A DNA stretch of 64,000 bases, taken from Gemmatimonadaceae bacterium (lineage in GTDB: Bacteria; Gemmatimonadota; Gemmatimonadetes; Gemmatimonadales; Gemmatimonadaceae). The notes beneath the pieces are model-generated. The model saw only the letters and a list, made by a program, of their open reading frames with translations, ran no database searches and had not been told where the DNA came from. The DNA is taken from assembly GCA_045803545.1 (NCBI GenBank), contig JBJMOW010000005.1, positions 1,408,001 to 1,472,000 of the forward strand, read 5' to 3'. Both the position numbers and the translations under genes were made by a program. Positions 21,772-31,452 of this stretch are shown here, in pieces. Numbering within the stretch: the stretch's first letter is position 1; each line of letters begins with the position of its first letter.

Positions 21772-21815
21772 CCCTGCGCGTCGCATAGGCGGCAAACAGG
21801 CCCGAAAAAAACTTT

Positions 21816-21839
21816 CGCAAGTCGTCGCGGTCGGTCCGT
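21816..21839 (+). promoter_or_regulatory. Putative ECF promoter (copy 3) upstream of the FN3 gene
   Basis: cgcaag tcgtcgcggtcg gtccgt, 29 nt before ATG 21869, which has an AAGGAG RBS. Confidence 0.68.
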
Positions 21840-21868
21840 TTCTCCTGTTAGCAAATCAAGGAGCGACC

Positions 21869-23170
21869 ATGCCGTTGTCGATCAGAGGCAGAACGAGCCG
21901 CGCTTTCTTCATCGCTCTCGCTATCGCCGGGTGCGACACCAAATCACCGACGGAGCTACGTTCCGAGAACGGGGTTACCGTTCCGGATCACGTCGCGTTC
22001 GCCGCATCTAGTGGGTCGACAGTTTCCGCTGCCGCGGTTTCTCCGACGGACATCGATCTTTCCTGGCAAGACGCTTCACCCAAGCAACTGAGTGGCTTCC
22101 AGATTTTCCGCTCGACGACTGGACCCACCGGCAGCTACTTCCAAATCGCAAGCGTCGCAGCTACTGCCACGCGCTACCCCGACGTCGGGCTTACCCAATC
22201 GACGAGCTACTGCTATGAGATTCGGTCGTTCAAAACGGCCGGGCGGAACACGACATACTCGGCGTATTCTGCTCCCGCATGCGCGACGACCAGAATTAGT
22301 CCGCCAACGGCGACCAATGCGACTGCGCAGGGCAGCAGCACCGTCGCCGTCACCTGGACCTGGGGTCCTGGAGCTGCGAGCGGATTCAGAGTTGAACGCT
22401 CGGCGAGCAATACAGGACCCTGGCAGACCGCTGCGACGACGTCCAGCTCGGCACGGTCGTATATCGATGCCGGGCGGGAGAGCGAGAAAATTGTCTGTTA
22501 CCGCGTCGTCGCACTGAATACCGGCGGCGAATCGGGTCCGTCAAACGTCGACTGCACTACTCCGCTCGCGAGTCCGACCAATCTGGTTGCCGCTGCCGTC
22601 TCGGACGGCATCCAGCTTACCTGGCAGGACAACTCCAGTTTTGAGTTCAAATTCTTGATACAGGCCGCCACCGACGGCGTCACGTTCTATGACGTAGCCA
22701 CCGTGCCCGCAAATACGACAAGCTTCCACCAGCCCGGGGTGAGCAGCGACAAACAATTCTGGTACCGGATCGCGGCGCAGCGCGAAGGCCTGTCAGACTT
22801 CTCCAACGTTGCCACTACGACCGGCGGATGTGTGCCGACCGGCGACACCGAAGTCTGCGACAATAATCTGGACGATGATTGCAATGGCCTCGTCGACTAT
22901 AACGACCCGGCTTGTGGCGAGCTGACGGACTGCAATGCCAACCCCTGTGGGTCGGGCACCATATGCAACGGCGCCTTTTGCGTGTCTAGCTGCGGCGATG
23001 GCTACCGTGACAGCGACGAAAGCGACGTCGATTGTGGCGGAGGGTGCGGCAACACCTGCCAGCTAAATCAGGAGTGCTGGGGCAATTGGGATTGCGCGTC
23101 GAACAACTGCGTCTACACACCAGGAGCTTTCCGGGGAATTTGCCAGGCTCCGCCGCCGAGCCAGCCATGA
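21869..23170 (+). CDS. Lipoprotein with three FN3 domains and a Cys-rich tail (MopE-like metal-binding motif)
   Basis: Lipobox IAGC; LSWQD and YCYEIR FN3 patterns; EVCDNNLDDDCNGLVD and ESDVDCGG motifs. Confidence 0.85.
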   Translation: MPLSIRGRTSRAFFIALAIAGCDTKSPTELRSENGVTVPDHVAFAASSGSTVSAAAVSPTDIDLSWQDASPKQLSGFQIFRSTTGPTGSYFQIASVAATATRYPDVGLTQSTSYCYEIRSFKTAGRNTTYSAYSAPACATTRISPPTATNATAQGSSTVAVTWTWGPGAASGFRVERSASNTGPWQTAATTSSSARSYIDAGRESEKIVCYRVVALNTGGESGPSNVDCTTPLASPTNLVAAAVSDGIQLTWQDNSSFEFKFLIQAATDGVTFYDVATVPANTTSFHQPGVSSDKQFWYRIAAQREGLSDFSNVATTTGGCVPTGDTEVCDNNLDDDCNGLVDYNDPACGELTDCNANPCGSGTICNGAFCVSSCGDGYRDSDESDVDCGGGCGNTCQLNQECWGNWDCASNNCVYTPGAFRGICQAPPPSQP

Positions 23171-23982
23171 AGATATTTACTGCAAGACTCACCGTGATTG
23201 CCCTGGCAGTCGTCTTCGCCGCACCGACGGCACCCGCCCAAAATACGGCCGACAGCACGCGTCAGCTCGCGGCGATGCGAACCGACTTGGAACGCATCAA
23301 GTCGGACCTGGATCTGGTCAAGAGTCAGCTTGGCCAGGTACTTCGCGTGTTGAACAAACAACCTTCTTCTCAGGTTCGCCCCGTGACAGCGCGCTCTGTA
23401 CGCGCATCTGTGGCGGACGCTCCGTCCTTGGGTCGGCCAGATGCGCCGGTGACGATCGTCGAATTCTCGGACTACCAATGTCCGTTTTGCCAGCGGTTCT
23501 TCGCAACCACGCTGCCGACGTTAGCGAAGGACTACATCGAAGCCGGCAAAGTTCGATACGTGTTCCGCGATTACCCGCTCGACCAGCTCCATCCGCGCGC
23601 GCGCAAAGCTGCCGAAGCAGCGCATTGTGCCGGCGAGCAAGGCAAATACTGGGAGATGCACGACGCTTTGTTCCGGAATCAGAGCGCGCTCGAAGTGCCG
23701 CAACTGGGGGAGTATGCTCGATCCGTGGGAATCGACGGTCCGATCTTCGACGCGTGTCTGTCATCGGGTCGGAATGCGTTGCTTGTAAGCCGCGGAGTAA
23801 CTGATGGTACCGCCGCTGGACTCCAGGGCACACCGAGTTTCGTGATTGGCAAGACAAGGAAGGGCGATTTCGTCGAAGGCAAATCGATTCGCGGCGCGCA
23901 GACCATTGAAACGTTCCGTCAAGTAATCGAACAGATGCTGTCGAGTGCTGACCAGGAAGGTCATCCGGCGCAGTTGAAATGA
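23167..23982 (+). CDS. DsbA-family thiol-disulfide oxidoreductase
   Basis: EFSDYQCPFC, RDYPL, GTPSF cis-Pro loop; signal peptide; ATGA overlap. Confidence 0.93.
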   Translation: MKIFTARLTVIALAVVFAAPTAPAQNTADSTRQLAAMRTDLERIKSDLDLVKSQLGQVLRVLNKQPSSQVRPVTARSVRASVADAPSLGRPDAPVTIVEFSDYQCPFCQRFFATTLPTLAKDYIEAGKVRYVFRDYPLDQLHPRARKAAEAAHCAGEQGKYWEMHDALFRNQSALEVPQLGEYARSVGIDGPIFDACLSSGRNALLVSRGVTDGTAAGLQGTPSFVIGKTRKGDFVEGKSIRGAQTIETFRQVIEQMLSSADQEGHPAQLK

Positions 23983-24746
23983 TGAACGATCGAGCCGGCG
24001 CGCCGCCGTATCTCGGTGAGCGGTTCGTGCGGAAGGCAGTTATCGCTCTCGTAATGGCGATGCTGCTCGCCCAGCATCGGACATTCGCAAGCTCCTACGA
24101 GGCTGACCAGCAGCGCACGTGGTTGCCCGCGTCTCGCAGCGAAGCATTCACTGGCGAAGTCACCTATGATTTTGACGGCGTTCTCAATCAAACGACCGCC
24201 GCGTTTGTTGCGCCGCTCGGCAAGCGCGACCTTCTGCACAGGATTTTGTTGCGGCCGGCCGTACACACCATCGTTGTGTCGTATCAATTCAACGGCCACG
24301 TTGCGTCGCATCTTCCAGATTCCGTCCGCGTGCAGCTCGAGTCTGACGACTACGTTGACCCCGCCTCATTGAACCGGCTCGATATTGTCACCGATCCGAC
24401 CCTGACGATCCCTGTGGGTAACCGCATCGACCTACACTCACTCTCTGTCTCACAGCACGTCGAGCTCGAAACTCGGCCGCGCGCAATGCTGGAGAACATC
24501 GTGGTCGCTCCGGACCAACAGCGGTTTGTGCGAGTCCGTGAGCTGCCACAGGCTCGCATCAGGCGTCGAGCAACTGCCTGGCTTTCCGCGTGCGAGTTCC
24601 TTTCGATGATCAATCAGACCGAGATTCAGGGAACCGTCGACGGACTCGATTTCAACCTGAACCACCTGGTCGTGACGGGTCTTGACCGCTTCGCCGCGCA
24701 AATGCTGCCTGCGGACGCTCAGCGATTCATCGAGTGCGCACAGTAG
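23979..24746 (+). CDS. Hypothetical secreted protein
   Basis: ATGA-coupled ORF with a hydrophobic N-terminal segment; no family recognised. Confidence 0.5.
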   Translation: MMNDRAGAPPYLGERFVRKAVIALVMAMLLAQHRTFASSYEADQQRTWLPASRSEAFTGEVTYDFDGVLNQTTAAFVAPLGKRDLLHRILLRPAVHTIVVSYQFNGHVASHLPDSVRVQLESDDYVDPASLNRLDIVTDPTLTIPVGNRIDLHSLSVSQHVELETRPRAMLENIVVAPDQQRFVRVRELPQARIRRRATAWLSACEFLSMINQTEIQGTVDGLDFNLNHLVVTGLDRFAAQMLPADAQRFIECAQ

Positions 24747-24761
24747 CCTTTTCCATCGTCA

Positions 24762-25766
24762 CTACGGATTCCTGCGCCACTCCGGCTCCGTTCCTTGCGC
24801 TGCAAGCAAAGTCTGCACACCTGTCGAAAGATTCACCTTGTACACGGGTGACGAAGCATTTCTCTGCGGCGCGAGGTAGACGAGATACGAATCATCCGGC
24901 GACCATTTCGCCGAGGGACCGCTCGCAACATGCGTTATCGTGTTCGTCGAGAGATCGAGAATTGACGGGTCATAGCCAGATGCGTTGTTCGGCTGTGGAA
25001 TCGCGAGCGCCAGTCTGTCCGGCGGCGTGCGAGACCAGCTGAGACCCAGCACCCCGCGGACGAACGAACGCACGAACGTGGTCGTTGATGTCGCCACATC
25101 GAGTACGAAGACGGAATCCACTGCCACGTCGATCGAGCGCTGAACGAAAGCAAGCTTTGTTGCCTGCGGGTTCCACGTCACCCAGATCATCCGATTCCCC
25201 TGTGGGCCGAGATACGCCAGGCGCTCGCTGAAACCACTTGGCGTCGTCGAGATCACGTAGATCCCCGCCGGCGCACCGATGTTGCCCTGCGACTCCGTGT
25301 AAGCGATTTGTGGATTGGTCGGATCAGGCGACCACGCGATGTCAAAAGCAGTGTGTGTGATCGGAAGAGCGACTGGCGTGCCCGCACGCGGTACGCCGTT
25401 TACGACGGAAACGTCGGCTCGGGTGATGTCATACGTTGCCGCGTGATACGCAATGCTATGACCGTCTGGTGACCACGATGGATGTGGCGTACTCGAGGCG
25501 GTCGTAAGCAGCGCTGTCTGGTTCGACCCATCGCTGTTCATGACGTAGAGCCCATAGACGACGTGGTTCGGTTTGCCGCTTTGCGACCCGTAAGCAATCG
25601 CAGGATCCGCAGCTGGAGTGGACTGCGTCGTGACGTCGGCCGCCGCGCGCAAAACCGCGACCTCTGTAAACTGACCGTCAGTTGAACGAGGACCGGCCAC
25701 ATCGCGCGCACACGCCGCGGTTAATAGAAGAAGAAGGACCGCAGACGTAATCGATGTGCGACGCAT
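24762..25766 (-). CDS. TolB-like PD40 lipoprotein (paralog of 30061-31332)
   Basis: Lipobox TAAC; HPSWSPDGHSIAYH; C-terminal EPEWRRNP. Confidence 0.85.
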   Translation of the reverse strand: MRRTSITSAVLLLLLTAACARDVAGPRSTDGQFTEVAVLRAAADVTTQSTPAADPAIAYGSQSGKPNHVVYGLYVMNSDGSNQTALLTTASSTPHPSWSPDGHSIAYHAATYDITRADVSVVNGVPRAGTPVALPITHTAFDIAWSPDPTNPQIAYTESQGNIGAPAGIYVISTTPSGFSERLAYLGPQGNRMIWVTWNPQATKLAFVQRSIDVAVDSVFVLDVATSTTTFVRSFVRGVLGLSWSRTPPDRLALAIPQPNNASGYDPSILDLSTNTITHVASGPSAKWSPDDSYLVYLAPQRNASSPVYKVNLSTGVQTLLAAQGTEPEWRRNP

Positions 25767-25800
25767 TGTTCACTCCACAGAACCGGTTAATACCAGTTCT

Positions 25801-25824
25801 ACGGACAGGATTTCAGGATTTGCG
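25801..25824 (-). promoter_or_regulatory. Putative ECF promoter (copy 4, minus strand)
   Basis: Minus strand cgcaaa tcctgaaatcct gtccgt, 34 nt before ATG 25766. Confidence 0.7.
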
Positions 25825-25833
25825 TCGTTCCTT

Positions 25834-28683
25834 TCATTGCGAAGCGCTGGGCGTTCCAGTCACCGCGACGGTGTACGCAGCCCAGTCGAATGATGAATCG
25901 CTCGCCAGCAGCGCCCGTTGTGATTTTGCCAACGCTTCCGCGGCTGACCTACCAGATCGAAGTTGCGCGTAAAAGCTTGCAGCCATCCTGGCTGCATCTT
26001 CGTCCCCAACCTTCCAGAGCGTGGCGACTACCGTCTCGGCTCCTGCCAGTAGAAAGGCGGTAGCGATCGAGTTGTCGTCTCCACCTACAAATGCATTGTC
26101 GACTCCACTCCCCAGCGCGGTCTCACATCCCGACAGAAAAACGAGAGAACTCCGGATGGTAAGGCCTACAATTTCGTGAACGTGCAAGAAGCCGTCGACC
26201 CCAGGCAGCGGCGAGTTGTGCGCTGCGACCGTGAGCCTGGAAAAGAGTGGACTCTGCGGCTCGTGAATGCCGTGTGCGGCAATGTGTAATGGCCGGCCAC
26301 TCGTTAGTGCAGATCGTACGAGCGGTTCGGTCGAGGCCTCCCCGATCTTGACCTCGACGCCAGGAAGAATACGCGCGATCGCCTTTACCTCCCTCTCGCT
26401 GCCCGGCAATGCAGCGGGTTGCGGCGCGATTGCAAGCAGATCCTGAATCAACGGACCAACCGACTTCGTTGAAGCGACGGCGGCCACCGACGGCAAAGTA
26501 GTGATCGTGTAATCCTCGACGAGAAAGCGATGTGTCTTCGCATTCCACAGCGCTGCAAACGGTAGCGCCGTCAAAGCGGCATGCGGCACGATGACGAGAT
26601 GCCTGATTTCGCTGAGGTCTCCGGCGTCAACGAAACCTCCCAATAATTGCGCGCGCAATTCGCCGAGCGCCTGCAAGGCTGCCGTCCTGGCTCCTCGACG
26701 ATTGATGAGATCGCGCACCGCGCGAACGCGTAGCACCAACTCGGGGCCGGGCGCTTGCACGGCTGCATAATGGATTTGACCTCTGCCTACGAGAAAGGCA
26801 TCGGTGCGATCAGGGCCCGCGACGAAGAGCAATAATGCCTCATCGCCTGATAGCCGTGACTGGATGTCGCTTAGGGAGGGAGCCGTCGCCTGTGCAATTG
26901 CACCGCTTGTCGCATTTCGGCCGAGATATGCGGTGTATTCCGCTTGCACGTTCTGCAGCTGATTCTGCAACGCCAATCGCCGCTGAGTGCTGGAGGAATC
27001 GTTCGCAAGCTCGCTCAGCTCCTGTTCGATCGACGCCGCATGCAACAGCAACCGCTCCCCGGCCGCGTAGCTCGCGATCGCTTTGCTGGGTTCCTCGATT
27101 GTCCCAAGCCGCTCCAGTAGCGAGCGGCCAGGTACAGAGGCGGCTATCCGAAACGCCGCAACGGTGTCTCCGCGCGCCAACTTGATCGCAATTGCGCGAG
27201 AGAAGGGCCCGACACGATCAGCGAGATATCGCGAACGCAGCGGCCCAAGGCCGAGTGACGCGCGTTCCCGCTCCAATGCGCCTAGTGAGCGCGCCGACTC
27301 CCGATCGGCGTCAACCAATCCCCCCAGCTGCTGATATGCTGACGCACGCAGGTCAGGAGTTTGCCAGTCAGTAAGCTCACTGTTGGGCGGCGATCGATCC
27401 AGCGTTGCAAGCGCTCGTCGCGGATCGCTGGCGGCGAGCGCATATCTCGCACTCTCGATCGCTACGTCGTGCGCTATGACGTGGTTGCCCTCCCGAACAG
27501 ATTCCAGTGTTGCCGTATCGATTTGTGCCCGCGCGTCGGCCGCATTCACGCGCGCAATGATTAGCCGATCATAGATCACTTCTGCCACTGACTCGGTTTT
27601 GCGATGCACTGCAAGCGCCAGTCGAGCACGCCTGGCCGCACCTGCGGGGTCACTCAAGGTTTCCAGAATCGAGGCTGTGCGGCGCAGGTTATTCCCGTGC
27701 TCGATCGCCAGACCCAGTTTTTCGTCGAGGCTGTCGGCTGCCGACAAATCGCGCAATGCCAGGCGAAGATCACCTGCCTGCGCATGCAGATCCGACAGGA
27801 CCTCGAGCTCGGCGGCCATTTCCTGCTGTAATCCCTGGTTGCGCGCAATTGAGAGCGCGCTATCCGCCGCAACGATTGCGCGTTGCAAGTCGCCAAGCTC
27901 GCTCCAGGCGGTGGCAAGTTGTCCCAGCGCGTTGGCCTCGCCGGCGACGTATTTGATTTTCGCGTAGCCGTCGCGCGCGCGATCAAGAAGCACCGCCGCG
28001 CTCCTCGGCTCTCCCAGCCGGATGCGCAGCATCGCGAAATTGGCCAGATCGTTGGCCGCGACTTTTTCATCCTTGGCTGCGCGTGCAATCGCCAGTGCCG
28101 CGGGAAAATCGTGCGCGGCGCCGTCGAAGTCTCCGAGGTCGACTTTGACGAGCGGAATATTTGCGGCAGCACGTGCACCATTCGCCAAATCATGGTGCCG
28201 CCGTGCAGCTGTCACTGCCGAATCAAATAGCTCGAGCGCATCACGCGGCCGCCCTTCGTTCCACGCGAGAAGGCCAAGGGCGTTGAACGAGCGAGCCAGC
28301 TCGTCGTCCATCGCCAGGCCGCGTTTCATAGTCAGCGAGCGCTCACCTTCTGTGCGGGCAGTGGAATAGTCGCCGAGGCGCCACGCGGCCAGCCCAATCC
28401 ACATCCGCGCCCTCGCCTCCGCTTTGGCGTCGTGGGCTCGAAGGGCGCGCGCCGCTTCGGCGCGGAATAGCGCCTGGGCGGTGTCGAAGGATTGATCGGA
28501 GTAACGCTCCTGAGCAACAGCGGCGAGTGAGTCCTGTGGAATTGCCAGTGCGTGTGCGAGACGCTCGGGATCCAGCTGCGGGACAGATCGCTTTGCCGGT
28601 TGGACATCGCCGCCGACAACGCCGGTTTCAGCTCGACACGCGAGTGACAGCACAATTGCGGCTACGACGCACAGCGTGCGCAC
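25834..28683 (-). CDS. Lipoprotein TPR-CHAT (caspase-like) protease, triad 2, His/Cys dyad intact
   Basis: GTG overlapping the anti-sigma stop (TAGTG) gives lipobox LSLAC; TPRs; LHIAAHG, FLSGCET, LWKVGD, WAAY. Confidence 0.9.
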   Translation of the reverse strand: MRTLCVVAAIVLSLACRAETGVVGGDVQPAKRSVPQLDPERLAHALAIPQDSLAAVAQERYSDQSFDTAQALFRAEAARALRAHDAKAEARARMWIGLAAWRLGDYSTARTEGERSLTMKRGLAMDDELARSFNALGLLAWNEGRPRDALELFDSAVTAARRHHDLANGARAAANIPLVKVDLGDFDGAAHDFPAALAIARAAKDEKVAANDLANFAMLRIRLGEPRSAAVLLDRARDGYAKIKYVAGEANALGQLATAWSELGDLQRAIVAADSALSIARNQGLQQEMAAELEVLSDLHAQAGDLRLALRDLSAADSLDEKLGLAIEHGNNLRRTASILETLSDPAGAARRARLALAVHRKTESVAEVIYDRLIIARVNAADARAQIDTATLESVREGNHVIAHDVAIESARYALAASDPRRALATLDRSPPNSELTDWQTPDLRASAYQQLGGLVDADRESARSLGALERERASLGLGPLRSRYLADRVGPFSRAIAIKLARGDTVAAFRIAASVPGRSLLERLGTIEEPSKAIASYAAGERLLLHAASIEQELSELANDSSSTQRRLALQNQLQNVQAEYTAYLGRNATSGAIAQATAPSLSDIQSRLSGDEALLLFVAGPDRTDAFLVGRGQIHYAAVQAPGPELVLRVRAVRDLINRRGARTAALQALGELRAQLLGGFVDAGDLSEIRHLVIVPHAALTALPFAALWNAKTHRFLVEDYTITTLPSVAAVASTKSVGPLIQDLLAIAPQPAALPGSEREVKAIARILPGVEVKIGEASTEPLVRSALTSGRPLHIAAHGIHEPQSPLFSRLTVAAHNSPLPGVDGFLHVHEIVGLTIRSSLVFLSGCETALGSGVDNAFVGGDDNSIATAFLLAGAETVVATLWKVGDEDAARMAASFYAQLRSGRSAAEALAKSQRALLASDSSFDWAAYTVAVTGTPSASQ

Positions 28684-29240
28684 TAGTTCGTCAGGCGAAA
28701 CTCGTGTGCCCCGGTCGAACGCACACTGCCGTCCGTGGCAATCGCGTCGACGCTCCAGAAATAGCTGGTGCCGCGGTGCAGGACGACGGCCGGCGGCAGA
28801 GTAAGAGTGGTGTCGGCCGGTGATGCAGTCCAAATACTGTGGCCGGCTGCGTCGGTCACTTCCAGCTTGTAAGAGAGGGCTCGTGGCAAAGGAGCCCATG
28901 CAAATCGAAGCACCGTGTGCCCCACATTGCCCACTGGCGCGTACACAGGTATCGCCATGAGATCGGATGATGCGCGTACTCGGTCGGCGTGATCGCGTCT
29001 GAGACTGATCATCCGGGTTCCTGCCAGCGCTACAACCAGCCCGGCCAGCAGCACAATGCTCTTTCTTCCGCGACGCGGCCTGACGGTCTTGAGCAGCTGC
29101 TCGGCATCGACCACGGCCTGGCGGCAGTCCGCGCACTGCGCGATATGGCTCTCGAAGCGTTCTCGTTCTGTCCCGCGGAGTTGATTGTCCAGATAGGCTG
29201 CAATTCTTACATCGTCCATATGCTCTCCACGCTCATTCAT
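28683..29240 (-). CDS. zf-HC2 anti-sigma factor, triad 2 (start 29240 or 29279)
   Basis: HIAQCADC, TM helix, YFWSVDA beta domain homologous to anti-sigma 1. Confidence 0.88.
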   Translation of the reverse strand: MNERGEHMDDVRIAAYLDNQLRGTERERFESHIAQCADCRQAVVDAEQLLKTVRPRRGRKSIVLLAGLVVALAGTRMISLRRDHADRVRASSDLMAIPVYAPVGNVGHTVLRFAWAPLPRALSYKLEVTDAAGHSIWTASPADTTLTLPPAVVLHRGTSYFWSVDAIATDGSVRSTGAHEFRLTN

Positions 29241-29265
29241 GTGGCGAAAGTGCCGTCCCAGGTGA

Positions 29266-29931
29266 TCAACCGTCGACACCTTCGATCCCGCGGGCGATCA
29301 GGTATCGGCGCAGTTTGTCGAGAACCGTCTTGAGCTGTCGATAGATGTGGAACGGCGTGGGCGCATGAAGCAGCCGCGCGATTCTTAGCGCGGAGAGGTC
29401 GTCCTGAAACCGAAGTGCGATGAGCAGACGCTCGCGCGGCTGCAATTTGAGTAACGCCGCCGATAGCGCTCTGTCTCGTTCGCGAATGATTGCAGCGGTG
29501 ACGACGGAAATCGATTCTTCGTCGGCCATGAGATCGACGTCGATGTCAGGCCGCAGGTAATCGGCGAGAGCGCGACGAATACTCCGCAGCGAGTCGGACG
29601 TGTCACCGTTTGCCTTGGGGCGTAGCCGTCCGTAGCGTCCGCGCAGATAGTCCAAACACAGGCGGCGTGCGGTGACGGTCAGCCAGGTGGAAAAACGTAC
29701 GCCGGAGTTCTCGTCGAACGAGCGAAGCCGCCGGAAAGCATCTTCGCGGAGCTTCTCGAGCACGTACGCGTAGCGTTCCATTGTCTCATCGTGACCGCCG
29801 TCAAATGAGCGGGCGATGGCCAATAGCAAGCGAGTGTGGCGCTCGATCAAATCTTCCCAGGCTGCTTCGCGACTGGACGAATCCGCGGCAGTGAGAAGCG
29901 GGCCGAGCTCGAGTGGCACTGCAGCTTCCAT
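29266..29931 (-). CDS. ECF sigma-70 factor, triad 2
   Basis: FSTWLTVTARRLCLDYLR.RYGR; ERLLIALRF; shares the FH.YR C-terminal motif with sigma 1. Confidence 0.88.
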   Translation of the reverse strand: MEAAVPLELGPLLTAADSSSREAAWEDLIERHTRLLLAIARSFDGGHDETMERYAYVLEKLREDAFRRLRSFDENSGVRFSTWLTVTARRLCLDYLRGRYGRLRPKANGDTSDSLRSIRRALADYLRPDIDVDLMADEESISVVTAAIIRERDRALSAALLKLQPRERLLIALRFQDDLSALRIARLLHAPTPFHIYRQLKTVLDKLRRYLIARGIEGVDG

Positions 29932-30000
29932 CCGCAACCCTTGCGGGATTTCCCGACGAATCTATATCTGCCGGGATAATCGTCCAGTCAGAAAAGCGTG

Positions 30001-30024
30001 CGCAAATTCGGAGCGCGTGTCCGT
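30001..30024 (+). promoter_or_regulatory. Putative ECF promoter (copy 5)
   Basis: cgcaaa ttcggagcgcgt gtccgt, 36 nt before ATG 30061. Confidence 0.7.
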
Positions 30025-30060
30025 ATAACATGGCTTGAACCCCCGTTTGGAGACCAGCCA

Positions 30061-31332
30061 ATGTTCCGTTATCGATCCGCTGTCAGTGTGCTGACATTTG
30101 CCGTCACGGTGTGGATCGCTGGCTGCTCCGATCCCAGCGGCACTCAATCCGAGCCGGAAATTGGCAGTGTGAGCATGGCGCACGCCGCTGCCCCATCCCC
30201 GGTGGCGATATCGGGAACGGTTCCTTCGGACGGTCTTCAGGCAACCACGCTCGACGTAACTATCAACGGATCGGGTTTCGACAAAGGCGCGACGGCATCG
30301 TTTCCGCTTAACGGCGTAGATGATCCGCGTGTCCACGTCAACAGCACGCGCTACGTCAAATCGACCCAACTGGTTGCGAACGTCACGATCGCGCCCGACG
30401 CGCCGTCGGTCAAATACGACGTTGCCGTTTTAACCGCATCCGGAAAAAAAGGCATCGGCTCTGAACTGTTTACGATAAAGACGCCGCCCGCTGATCCGGC
30501 GATTACTTATCGCACCCAGATCAAACAGGGTTTGAGTCAGTCCTATTTTCTCGCTGTGATGAATGCAGATGGTACAAATCAGACCACCTTTGGAGCGAGC
30601 AGCGACGCGCCCCATCCGGCGTGGTCACCTGATGGTCACAGCATCGCGTACCATACCACTACGTATGACATCAGTCGGGTAGATGTCTCCATTGCGAATG
30701 GGGTTCCGCAGGCCAGTGCGCCGATGTCTCTTCCGATCACGCATCTGGCATTCGACATCGCCTGGGCTCCTGATCCGTCGAACCCGCAGATTGCTTACAG
30801 CGAGAGTCCGGTCAACCTCGGAGATCCGGTCGGTGTCTATCTCATTCCAGTCTCGCCAGTGAGTCCGTTTACCGAGACCCGCATTTATGTCGGGCCTCGC
30901 GACAACAGAATGATCTGGATTGCCTGGAATCCGCAGTCAACGCGTATCGCGCTCATTCAAAGGTCGACAACCGCGATGGTCGATAGTCTGTTGGTGATCG
31001 ACGTCGCGAGCAGGACTGCCGCTTTCCTACGCGAGTTCAAACGCGGCGTGAGCGGACTGAGTTGGTCGCGTACTTCTCCAGACAGGCTGGCGCTCGCCTA
31101 CCCGCGGCCCGACAACACCTTGCAGCCGGCGATCCTGGATCTGAAGACGAACACGCTTTCGAATGCGCCAACTGGTCCAGGCGCAAAGTGGTCGCCGGAT
31201 GACTCGCATCTTGTGTTCGTGTCACCGACGCAGTCCGGTACAAATCCGATCTACACCGTAAACCTGAGCACCGGAATTCAGCAGAGGCTTACGACGGACG
31301 GATTTGAGCCCGAATGGAGAAGAAACCCGTAA
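30061..31332 (+). CDS. Lipoprotein: IPT/Ig-like domain plus TolB-like PD40 propeller
   Basis: Lipobox IAGC; DVTINGSGF; HPAWSPDGHSIAYH; EPEWRRNP. Confidence 0.85.
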   Translation: MFRYRSAVSVLTFAVTVWIAGCSDPSGTQSEPEIGSVSMAHAAAPSPVAISGTVPSDGLQATTLDVTINGSGFDKGATASFPLNGVDDPRVHVNSTRYVKSTQLVANVTIAPDAPSVKYDVAVLTASGKKGIGSELFTIKTPPADPAITYRTQIKQGLSQSYFLAVMNADGTNQTTFGASSDAPHPAWSPDGHSIAYHTTTYDISRVDVSIANGVPQASAPMSLPITHLAFDIAWAPDPSNPQIAYSESPVNLGDPVGVYLIPVSPVSPFTETRIYVGPRDNRMIWIAWNPQSTRIALIQRSTTAMVDSLLVIDVASRTAAFLREFKRGVSGLSWSRTSPDRLALAYPRPDNTLQPAILDLKTNTLSNAPTGPGAKWSPDDSHLVFVSPTQSGTNPIYTVNLSTGIQQRLTTDGFEPEWRRNP

Positions 31333-31452
31333 GGCGGCATAGACTAGCGCAAATCTGTTGATGCGCCCGGATACGGATAAGTTTCCAAGCTCTGTCGATT
31401 TCGTCGCCTGCCGTTCGACGCTCTAAGTAACCCGGCCATTGGAGAGTTTCAC

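Noticed and set aside
28684..29136. N-terminal extensions in the ORF track (CHAT2 to 29136; also starts at 15152, 21635, 23032, 35044, 37468)
   Set aside because: They overlap neighbouring genes or gene remnants; downstream starts give proper signal peptides and, in several cases, stop-start coupling.
10720..29931. Type III-E CRISPR (Craspase) locus
   Set aside because: No cas genes or repeat-spacer array seen, and the CHAT proteins carry export signals.
31348..31375. CGCAAA half-sites near 31348, 9309 and 6363
   Set aside because: No GTCCGT at 12-13 nt spacing, so not counted as motif copies.
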